The notes under the pieces are model-generated. The model did not search any database, was not told the DNA's origin, and saw only the letters and a program-made list of their open reading frames with translations. Positions 49,751 through 58,800 of a DNA stretch of 64,000 nt are shown here, piece after piece. The stretch's first letter is position 1. Every line of letters starts with the position of its first letter. Source of the stretch: a virus; the IMG/VR virus record IMGVR_UViG_3300029811_000161. The stretch is one strand, 5' to 3'. The position numbers and the translations under genes are program-made.

Positions 49751-50074
49751 ATGACAAGTCTATCAATGTCAGACTTCACGACCAGGACAGTGCATTCATC
49801 GATGATGTTGCTCGGTGATGGTGTCGCTGGACCAGGATCGTATGTCCGTGGAAAGAAGAATGTGATCACATCGCCGACGCTTAAAGCGTGGCACAGGCGT
49901 GTTGCTACCGGAATGCAGGCGTGTTCGACACCGGATGCATGTACCAGAGATCCGAAACTCGTCGGAAAAACAAACGCGAAGGGCAAGATCTTCAGAATGT
50001 GCTCACTCGAAGAGTGTCGTGCGAAGCTCATTGAAGCGCAACAGTGCGGAAAGAGAACTCTGCCCGGTCTGTGA
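49751..50074 (+). CDS. Basic Cys-rich protein, possible virion DNA-binding protein
   Basis: K/R-rich, five Cys, 107 aa. Confidence 0.55.
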   Translation: MTSLSMSDFTTRTVHSSMMLLGDGVAGPGSYVRGKKNVITSPTLKAWHRRVATGMQACSTPDACTRDPKLVGKTNAKGKIFRMCSLEECRAKLIEAQQCGKRTLPGL

Positions 50075-50143
50075 AAACGTTGATTGGGGGGAGACCCCCT
50101 TTCTCCAAATCTTTTTTATCACATCGATGCTGATGTTTAAATC

Positions 50144-50863
50144 ATGTCATCGATAATGTTTGAGTCTGATCCGAGTGGCGCGACAGTTGAGATCGAGTTA
50201 ATTAGTGGTGGAGTATCGGACTTGGACGTGTTTAGAGCAGAGTGTATGAGTGGTGGCATGGTTGTATGTGATTGGGAAACACTCGAAAGTCGTCTAAATG
50301 ATCATACTGTAAGCACGTTGTGGTGGGAACTGATGGGAAGCGAACGACGTGCAATTGCTGAAATGGCGATCAAGAACACGTTGTTTTACACGATCAGCAA
50401 TTGGAGAGATGGAAAACAATATTGTGCAGGTGGTGAAGGCGATATACATGGTGCCGATTGTCTTCAAAATGCTATGGTGCGGTACTTAAAATTTGGATCT
50501 GATACACCACCATCTCTTGTGGTTGGTGATGGGAGTCCAGGAGGAAGCGCGTGTTATCATCAAAAGACGATGGCAAGCACTGAGTTTTGTTATGTTCCAG
50601 ATATAAAATATAATCTACCATGTAATTTAGTTGGATGTAATGGAGCCAATTATGGACATGCGATGTGTGGGATACGGGTGGTTAAAAACATCGATTCACT
50701 TGATAACTGGATTGTTTTTCAATACACAGATTTTGATATTAAGCCGGGGCACGCACAGATGCCAAATTTCAGGATCGATGATCTATGTGTAACTATTCGC
50801 ACACCATCAGCGATCAAGTGTACTGGGTATTCTTATAAAACCGTTGCAAGCTGGGCGATTTAA
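50144..50863 (+). CDS. Truncated PEGA start plus transglutaminase-like (Cys-His-Asp) domain
   Basis: FESDPSGATVEI; GADCLQNA; YGHAMCG; downstream D/Q. Confidence 0.55.
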   Translation: MSSIMFESDPSGATVEIELISGGVSDLDVFRAECMSGGMVVCDWETLESRLNDHTVSTLWWELMGSERRAIAEMAIKNTLFYTISNWRDGKQYCAGGEGDIHGADCLQNAMVRYLKFGSDTPPSLVVGDGSPGGSACYHQKTMASTEFCYVPDIKYNLPCNLVGCNGANYGHAMCGIRVVKNIDSLDNWIVFQYTDFDIKPGHAQMPNFRIDDLCVTIRTPSAIKCTGYSYKTVASWAI

Positions 50864-51050
50864 CCATGATCTATGAATATATAGAAACACTGATGAAAAA
50901 TCCAATATATGCGATCACTGGATATGCGATAGGTGAGGAAGAAGTCGAATTGCTTGTTGACATGATAACACCGTCTCAAGTAGGGATACCAAGAACAATA
51001 GATGGGAAAACAGTGTATATAAGGAAGAAAATCGTATAGTCAAACTGACA

Positions 51051-52181
51051 ATGACATCAATAACATTCACATCTGAGCCAAGTGGTGCCGAGGTCGAGCT
51101 TGATGGTGAGTATGTTGGGACAACGCCATGTGATGTTACGATTGGAAATGATATGGAGATCGGAGAAGATGTGAACATCGACATGGTTGTTTTCGTGTCA
51201 CCACAATACAAAAATGATACAGCAATTATAAACAGCATCAATGCGTATTCTGCGGCAGTAAAAGAAGATATTGGTTGGAACGTTGTAACCATGCCAATCA
51301 ACGATGTAGATAATCAATATACCACCATCGCAGGCATGATAAGTGATGTGTGCAGTAAAAACGACTTGAAAGCGTGTCTAATGGTTGGGGAGGACATGGC
51401 ACAGAACAATAACGTGTTTCACACATCGATATATAAGAAGTGTCAACAAGCGATTGTTTTTTGGCAGTCTTATGGTGGAAACATAACGACGTCGTGCGCG
51501 AATAAGGTTATTGTTGCTACTAATACAGTTCGTGTACCAACTTCATTAATGTATCCCAATTCAAACGATCCATATAGTGTAAAATCGAGTAATATTATAG
51601 CAGCGTTTAACAAATTCAGTACAGACAGGAGAAAAACACATATAAACAAGGTTATATCATTTTATGATACATACTTCGATTTTAGAGATATATTAACAAC
51701 CGAGACGAGCAAAGTTGGTGATGCAGAGGTGATCGGTTGTCCGTCGCAAGCAGTTGTTGACAGTATGCTCACTGGCGAATTTAAGTTGGTTGTTGCTGCT
51801 GGGCATGGTAGTCCAGGGACCGTGGCTGTAACACCATCAGTGACAAGGTTTAGAGCATCAACGCATGGAAAAACAACAAAAACGCCGATGTTGATCGTTT
51901 ATGGATGTTCAACGGCTGGATGGTACACCAACATCGAAAACGATTGTTTGTATCAACCACCATCCAATCGAGCAGCTTGGCATGGACATTGTATTTTTGA
52001 TAATCCATCGATTAGGGTTGTTATTGGTGGTTTTCCAATTGGTAGAGATGGAAACGAATTCATAGCCGCGGCGTGTTTATCAAAGATGGCGACTGGTAAA
52101 ACTGTCGCAGAGGCTATGCGTGGAATCAGTGTTTATGGTAGCAACACGACTTTACATGGGGATCCAACGTTTCATTATTAG
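51051..52181 (+). CDS. PEGA domain plus gingipain-like (C25, clan CD) cysteine peptidase
   Basis: FTSEPSGAEVELDGEYVGTTP; AGHGSP; YGCST; terminal LHGDP. Confidence 0.8.
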   Translation: MTSITFTSEPSGAEVELDGEYVGTTPCDVTIGNDMEIGEDVNIDMVVFVSPQYKNDTAIINSINAYSAAVKEDIGWNVVTMPINDVDNQYTTIAGMISDVCSKNDLKACLMVGEDMAQNNNVFHTSIYKKCQQAIVFWQSYGGNITTSCANKVIVATNTVRVPTSLMYPNSNDPYSVKSSNIIAAFNKFSTDRRKTHINKVISFYDTYFDFRDILTTETSKVGDAEVIGCPSQAVVDSMLTGEFKLVVAAGHGSPGTVAVTPSVTRFRASTHGKTTKTPMLIVYGCSTAGWYTNIENDCLYQPPSNRAAWHGHCIFDNPSIRVVIGGFPIGRDGNEFIAAACLSKMATGKTVAEAMRGISVYGSNTTLHGDPTFHY

Positions 52182-52189
52182 GTGTTATA

Positions 52190-52315
52190 ATGCCAATAAA
52201 AACAAAAGAATGCTGGGATGGAACGGAAATCGAAACCCATCGGTTGATACGTGGTGAATGGGTTGAAACTGGCATAGAATGTCCACATTGCCCACCTACA
52301 CAAGATATCACGTAG
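52190..52315 (+). CDS. Cys-rich microprotein, 41 aa
   Basis: ECWDGTEIETHRLIRGEWVETGIECPHC resembles the W.DTGIVC module in 54269-55234. Confidence 0.5.
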   Translation: MPIKTKECWDGTEIETHRLIRGEWVETGIECPHCPPTQDIT

Positions 52316-52393
52316 CACAATCTTTATATCATCGATGTTACCATATCATAGACTTGGAGAAAGGATTTCCCCCTATTCTACGTCGAGGTGTAC

Positions 52394-52627
52394 ATGTTTG
52401 AAATAGACCAAAGTGTTGCAGCGAGTGGTAAGCGAATATATGGTGAACTTGAATCGATGCTCGTGGCAACTTCACCAGGGCAATACGTTGCAATCGAGCC
52501 GGTGTCAAAGGAGTACTTCATCGATAAGTCGATGGGTGGAGCAATAGCAAAAGCGAAAGCGAAATACCCAGCGAGGACGTTTTACTCAACTGCAATCGGA
52601 AAGCTGGTACATGTGCCGGTGAGGTGA
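52394..52627 (+). CDS. DUF5678-like small protein
   Basis: PGQYVAIEP..YFI...AKAKAKYP. Confidence 0.65.
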   Translation: MFEIDQSVAASGKRIYGELESMLVATSPGQYVAIEPVSKEYFIDKSMGGAIAKAKAKYPARTFYSTAIGKLVHVPVR

Positions 52628-52629
52628 TC

Positions 52630-53040
52630 ATGCCAGTAATCTCTACCATCGATAGTGCGGGATCGGTGAGGATGAATGTGTCGATCATTGGGTCATGCAC
52701 GACATCTGAGCACTCGGCGATATTTGATTCCGGGTTTAGTGGAGACATTGTACTTCCGATCGAGATTGCTGTGCGCGTTGGTCTTGAGCATGGCGGAATA
52801 ACCACGGTAGAACTTGCCGACGGTTTTACACAGGATTTCCCGATCTTCTTGTGCGAGATTGACATCGGTGGAATAAAACAACATGCAGCGGTTATCGTGA
52901 TGGGCAACGAGGTGCTTATTGGCATGGGGCTGATGGAGCCGTTCAAGATGTGCATGCAGAAATCCACATCGGAGGTCATCTTTGAACCGGCGGGGTCGTA
53001 TGCAAACTTTGTCGGGATGATGGGGAGAATAACGAGGTGA
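52630..53040 (+). CDS. Clan AA (retropepsin-like) aspartic protease
   Basis: AIFDSGFSG, VELADG, VLIGMGLM. Confidence 0.85.
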   Translation: MPVISTIDSAGSVRMNVSIIGSCTTSEHSAIFDSGFSGDIVLPIEIAVRVGLEHGGITTVELADGFTQDFPIFLCEIDIGGIKQHAAVIVMGNEVLIGMGLMEPFKMCMQKSTSEVIFEPAGSYANFVGMMGRITR

Positions 53041-53041
53041 C

Positions 53042-53167
53042 ATGAGAATGTCAGACACCGATGGACACGAGGATGAAAACGTCCGTATATCAGTTGTTTC
53101 ACAATCATTCTCCGTGTCGTTCACGTCTGATCCAAATGGTGCAAACATAGCGTTTGAAAAGGTGTGA
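53042..53167 (+). pseudogene. 41-aa remnant ending in the start of a PEGA domain
   Basis: FSVSFTSDPNGANI then stop. Confidence 0.35.
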
Positions 53168-53171
53168 TAAC

Positions 53172-54266
53172 ATGGCAGTAACTCTTGAATGGGTACGTGA
53201 TAATTACGATACCAACAAAAATCGGTACATCGAGAAGGACGAGACTGCAAAAGCAGTCAATGACTATCTCCTTACAAATACGATAACAAAAGAACAATAT
53301 ATTGCTGTTCAAGCTGCGTATGAGAAACAAACGCAACTGCCGCCGTATACAACACCACCACCAACAACAGCGAGAGGTCAAATAGTCAGTATCGATCCGC
53401 CACCAAGTGCCAAGCACAACGAGCGTGCTGTGGTAAACGTAACAATCAAAAACATCGGTGGTTCGGATGGATCTTTTAAGGTGCAGGTTAATGTGACCGC
53501 AAGTTATACAAAGCTGATATCACCAGGGAACACGGCGGTATTCGCAGTGCATGCTTTAACCCCAAGCACTGGTACAAGTGCGACGTTCACATTGAAGTGT
53601 ATTATTGATGGGACAGTCGACGCCACGAAAACATTCACGATCACGCTAACACCACCACCGACAACTGTAACTCTTGAATGGATCAGAGATCGTTACGATG
53701 CCAACAAAGATAGTTATATTGATAAAAGTGAGACTGCAAAAGCACTGAACGATTATCTTTCAGCGAAGACGATAACAAAAGAACAATACGATGCCGTACA
53801 ATTGGCATACGACAACCAGACTTTATTACCGGCTTATCCAACTCCCCCCGTAAACGGCGACATCGACCCAGATTTAACAACTCCGGATGTGAGATCATTG
53901 GAAGCAGGAAAATACAATATTACAATAACGAAAAGCGGTTACAACACGGTGTACGCGACGATAACAGTTTCATCGGCGGGGCAAGTGTCATGTACCGATG
54001 CGGTTTGTCTTGCGTCTGGCTATCCACGTGTCGAAGCATCCGTCACATCGGTGAAGGTGTACATGGCGGCAGCGGCACCTCCAACAATTGCAAAATGTAC
54101 TTGGATAGCAACTAAAGACACATCAAAAGTTGCATTCATATCCGAGTTGATATTGGCATACAATCATATACCAGACTTGACATTCCCGGTATTATCAAAA
54201 GAAATCTCAGATGGTATTTTGATGTATAACAACTTAGGAACACCACAAACACTGTGGGGGTGTTGA
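53172..54266 (+). CDS. Surface/virion protein with two dockerin/EF-hand-like repeats, CARDB-like domain and PEGA-like segment
   Basis: Two VTLEW.RD.YD.NK..YI.K.ETAKA.NDYL repeats; VNVTIKNIGGSDG; YNITITKSGY. Confidence 0.75.
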   Translation: MAVTLEWVRDNYDTNKNRYIEKDETAKAVNDYLLTNTITKEQYIAVQAAYEKQTQLPPYTTPPPTTARGQIVSIDPPPSAKHNERAVVNVTIKNIGGSDGSFKVQVNVTASYTKLISPGNTAVFAVHALTPSTGTSATFTLKCIIDGTVDATKTFTITLTPPPTTVTLEWIRDRYDANKDSYIDKSETAKALNDYLSAKTITKEQYDAVQLAYDNQTLLPAYPTPPVNGDIDPDLTTPDVRSLEAGKYNITITKSGYNTVYATITVSSAGQVSCTDAVCLASGYPRVEASVTSVKVYMAAAAPPTIAKCTWIATKDTSKVAFISELILAYNHIPDLTFPVLSKEISDGILMYNNLGTPQTLWGC

Positions 54267-54268
54267 CA

Positions 54269-55234
54269 ATGACTCTAACAACGAATGGATTAAATTGGCT
54301 CGCTCAGAATGCAGGCATCGGAAACTGCTTCGCGTCGAGCGGGATAAATTACAGAGACGCCGATAACATCGCACAATCTGGTGGGACGAAAGATGTTGTG
54401 AACGCGTTTCTGACAGCGAATTTGGTTGGGAAACCAACGGCAACAATCATCGCCGGAACAAGTTATAATGGGTTCAAGTCGATCAACGATAACAGAGATC
54501 TTGCTTTCGGTGATGTCGGCGAGGCTGCTGATAGAGAAGCGGATGGTGGGACGTATCCACAGTACTGTGTTGGAGTAACGCCGACACCACCAGGGGGCTG
54601 CACACTCGGAACCCGCCGATGCGTTGGTAACAAAGTGGAAGAGTGTAGAACAGTTGCAGGACAAGATAATGCATGGTTCGACACCGGGATCGTGTGTGAA
54701 TTCGGGTGCACAAATGGTGTATGCAACCCTGCGCCCGGAGAACCTGGTGGAACTACAGAAACACCGCCGTTTGAGGTGGTCATCGTAGAAGGAAAACCGT
54801 GTCCAGCAGGTGCTCCAGATGTGTTACTTGACACCAGCGAGGCGTTTGCATACTTCAAAGCCGAGCCAGTGTTGTATGTTGGTGTGATGAAGATAGATGT
54901 GACCAATCGTGATCTCACTGGTAACGAATGTTACGCGTATTTCGCGTGGGAGATGCGGATGTGGCCAGGTGCAGCCGGTGCAACATGCCCAATCACCACG
55001 CCGGCACATCAAACGATCAGTCGTTTCCTTGGAGAGGTGTCTGCCAAGAAGGTGATCTCGGTAAAACTGTTGGGTGCAAACGAGAAAGCAATGATTGGTG
55101 GGTCGTTTGAGATACCATCGCACTTCAGGGGAAAGTACACACTATGCTTGACACTATGGGGCAACTTTAGCAAGCAAGCACTTCTTGATGAACTTCTGTC
55201 CGAGCGTGGATACGCAGAAGAGCTACCGTGGTGA
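54269..55234 (+). CDS. Cys-rich putative virion protein
   Basis: CTLGTRRC..C...CEFGCTNGVC module; beta-rich C-terminus. Confidence 0.65.
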   Translation: MTLTTNGLNWLAQNAGIGNCFASSGINYRDADNIAQSGGTKDVVNAFLTANLVGKPTATIIAGTSYNGFKSINDNRDLAFGDVGEAADREADGGTYPQYCVGVTPTPPGGCTLGTRRCVGNKVEECRTVAGQDNAWFDTGIVCEFGCTNGVCNPAPGEPGGTTETPPFEVVIVEGKPCPAGAPDVLLDTSEAFAYFKAEPVLYVGVMKIDVTNRDLTGNECYAYFAWEMRMWPGAAGATCPITTPAHQTISRFLGEVSAKKVISVKLLGANEKAMIGGSFEIPSHFRGKYTLCLTLWGNFSKQALLDELLSERGYAEELPW

Positions 55235-55237
55235 TCA

Positions 55238-55588
55238 ATGATGCCAGTACTACGCTACCCAAGGGTTCAACTGCGTCCGGTTGTAGCGGAGACTGGTCCG
55301 ATTGGCGTAGGAGCACCAACCCCAACACCAACACCGACTGTCCCGACAAGTCTGTTCGTGATCAAACACAACAACTTCATCGATCAGGTTGAATCGTTGA
55401 ACCGGGGCTTCACCAGAGCGGACATATTCGGGTTCACTCCGGAAGAGCTCGAAGACCATATCGCAGTTGCGCTACAGGACAATTACATCATCGAGGATGG
55501 TTCTAATACTGGACATTTCGTGAATGGTCAGGTTGCTTGGAGGCACCGGGAATACACGAAAGGATATGTGTATGAAAGGTTGTATTAA
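55238..55588 (+). CDS. Hypothetical protein with PT-rich linker
   Basis: APTPTPTPTVPT. Confidence 0.65.
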   Translation: MMPVLRYPRVQLRPVVAETGPIGVGAPTPTPTPTVPTSLFVIKHNNFIDQVESLNRGFTRADIFGFTPEELEDHIAVALQDNYIIEDGSNTGHFVNGQVAWRHREYTKGYVYERLY

Positions 55589-55593
55589 GTACC

Positions 55594-55848
55594 ATGCCAG
55601 TCATTGCACAGTTCGTGTTTACCGGGGATTTCAAAGAGGACGGGATAGTCGAGATTCTACGCGACGAGATCGACGAGTGTGGATGTGTGTCGCTACAGTC
55701 CGGTGTCGAGCGGTTCAAGGTGTCTATTGACCGTGTACGCAGCATCTTTGCTGAAATGGATGGTGTAACCTGTGATGAGGAAAAGTGCTGTGTGACTGAC
55801 CTCTCGGCGTTCTCGGCGAACATGAAGAAGCTTGCAGGTGGTGAGTAG
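55594..55848 (+). CDS. Hypothetical acidic protein
   Basis: 84 aa; in frame with the following giant ORF. Confidence 0.65.
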   Translation: MPVIAQFVFTGDFKEDGIVEILRDEIDECGCVSLQSGVERFKVSIDRVRSIFAEMDGVTCDEEKCCVTDLSAFSANMKKLAGGE

Positions 55849-55851
55849 AAA

Positions 55852-58800
55852 GTGGCTACCTGCACACAGTATTTCTATGCTGAAGATGATGCAGGCAATT
55901 CACTACCAGTCACGATCGACGCCACAATATCGAAGTACACTGCGGAAGGGTGGGTGCCTGACGGTGTTGTTAGCATCTCACCTGGTGGGCTGGGTTCGCG
56001 TACGTTGGTAAGTGGAAACAGTTATAAAGCGCTTCCGGTTACTATCCCAAGTGGCTATGAAACCCCGTCCGAGCAAATATTTACTGCGTGTGACAGAGAT
56101 GTAAAATTTGTTTACGAACGAATCTGTCCAGATCCAACCGTCTCGATAACATCAGTTTCAAATTATAATCCTGCATCTGGAGAGACCGTAAACTTCGAGG
56201 GTTATGCATCCGGAGGAACCGGGGAATCGATCAAAAGTGTGCGATGGGACTTCGGCGATGGCACGAGTTCAACAGCGTTGAACCCATCGAAGGCGTGGAC
56301 AAATACCACTGGCTCGCCGGTAACTTACACCGTCACGTTCACCGCTACGAACGACTGCAGAAAGTCGAAATCATCATCAACGACGATTACGGTTGCCTCG
56401 GCGATAGTAGAAACTGGGTTCAAGATACAACTTGCTCCATCACTAAGTGGCAAACAACTGATTGTTTGGCATGCCGTAAAGTTCCCGTTTATTGGATTAG
56501 TTGGACCAGATCCAAATCTATGGTTTTCGGCTTTTGGGTGGGTCAGAGGATCGTGGAACTCACCGGCGTCTGGTACATACAAAGTCGAAGTTGGTGACAT
56601 ACGCGAAACAGCAACACCACCTTTCGACGAAGTCCATCTCGGCACGCTTTTAGATGGACAGTTACACGACGGCGACGATTGTGTCGTGTTGGCAAGGGAA
56701 TCGCCATCGGTAATGGGGTTCGGGGTATTCAAAGGAGAGGACATATTCAAGATACACAGCGATTCGGTGACCGAGATCAATCTAACCACTGCATCAAGTG
56801 ATGTCATAACCGAAGCGATAATGGGACCGACGTGTGACTTCTTTAAAATACCGAGAGGACCCGAATGTGAGGCATTTTGGGCAGAGTTCTCGGATCATGT
56901 GTTTGTTGCTAACTACATCAGCATATTAACCACCGGAAAAGACACACTCGGCAACGCTCGAACTCTTGGATTCTTCGATCATATCGCACTGCCGTTTGCG
57001 ATGATCGGAGTCGTGGTTCCAGCGGTGCCGTTCAATCGGTTCTTCTCGCAAGGTCTCAGGGGACTGTGGAGAGGTGCAAAACCGTTCAGCGATGCGGCAG
57101 TTACTTGGATGGGTACAGTTGTTGTGAACGTCCCGGAGAGCAGGCTTGCCGCTATGGGGGACTGGAATTTCATGCAGGCGATCGTCCGTATCGATGCCGG
57201 TGGTGTTGGCGGGCACATGGATGAGATCATGGATCTCGTTGCCGACGAGAGATTCACCGAGGCACTTGCTAAACTCGAAGGATATCTTGACACCGACACA
57301 CCGCTTTCTTACTGGGACTGGAAAGTTTTCAACGATGCACTTAGAAAAGCTGTCGGGGACGCAGAGTTCAGTTGGCTGATGGATACGATTCATGCAACCA
57401 AAGCAACGGCTGATTCAGTACTCGATGTTGCTAAGAAATCAAGTTGGTCTGCAGACGACATTGCTAAAATCAACGATGCCGCGACAAATCCGAATATTGT
57501 AAAAGCCGCGTCTGATGCTATATCAAATTCGCTGAGAACGGCAGATGAAATAGCCGATCCGGTTGTGAGAGCAACAAAGCTTGGCGAGCTTGAGAACATC
57601 GCAGAGAGTTTCCCACAAGCGTTCGATGAAATAGCCAAAAAACCAATCGCTGAAGTCGGTGCGTTGGTCAAGCGTAGTAGCTGTGAAACTCTTGGAGTAA
57701 AAACCACAAAAGCAAATAAGCAACTGATTACTTACTGTTTCAAGAAACGGTTCGATAATGTTCTTCCGTACTCGCTTACGAAGGTAGAATGTGATGGCAT
57801 CATTTGGATGGTCAATCAAGACCCAATCGCAGCAGCAAAAGCGTTTGACGATTACACCGATTTGGCTGACAAGGAACGGTTGCTTTTATCTCTCAAACAA
57901 TCTGGCACAGACGGACGTTTAACTGCATCGTGGTTATCGGCGGCAAAAACAAACATCGATCTCGATGGTGTTTATGATCTGTATGGGATGAATGTGCACG
58001 AGGTCATGAATCATGTATCTCAAGCTGGCAACTATGCTCTTGGCGGGATATATGACAATCTTGGCGTCAAGGCTATGGACGATGCTGCAACAAGAATTCC
58101 AAGCTTCACACATGTAGAAGACGTAAACAAGTTCATTCAAGAAGTGTCGGATACAGTCAGAATATCATCGGTTGGGGACAACGCAGCGAAGATAGCACAA
58201 GACGCGATCGATGATAATCCGCGGAGCATCTCGCAGATATTCCAAAACGCCGGAGTTGATGTCATCCGCTCTGATGCACTCGGAAATGGAATCTACGATG
58301 TATCTGAGTTCATCGAAGTACTCGGAGACCATGTGAACTCGGGCGATGTTACAAAGATAGTGGCACGTATTATTGAAGACGACATCGTTGCAAACAAAAT
58401 TGTTATCAGGAACACAATTAATCGAATCGTTGGTGATGGGGCTATCAGCGATGATGGGTTGCAAGCAATATTTGATATTAGAAATCAAAGTCCAGAAGCA
58501 TGGAAACGTGTCATGAAAACGATTCCGGCTGACGTGGTTGCGACGCTTAACAACATCATGGATAGCAGTGGTAAGGGCAGAGCTTTTATCCAATTGGAAG
58601 ATTTATATAATGTTTTCCGATCAAAGATGGATTCTGCATATGGTGCAACTGTAGGAGAAGCTGCTGCAAGATTTAGATATCGGACTGCGCCACTCGCGTT
58701 GCGGTATGATCGAGCAACGGGTGGTTCTGGGTTTTTCAATTCTTTTGCAAGACATGGCGGTCTAAAAGGGATTCTTAGAAGCAAGTATGTTTTGGCATAC

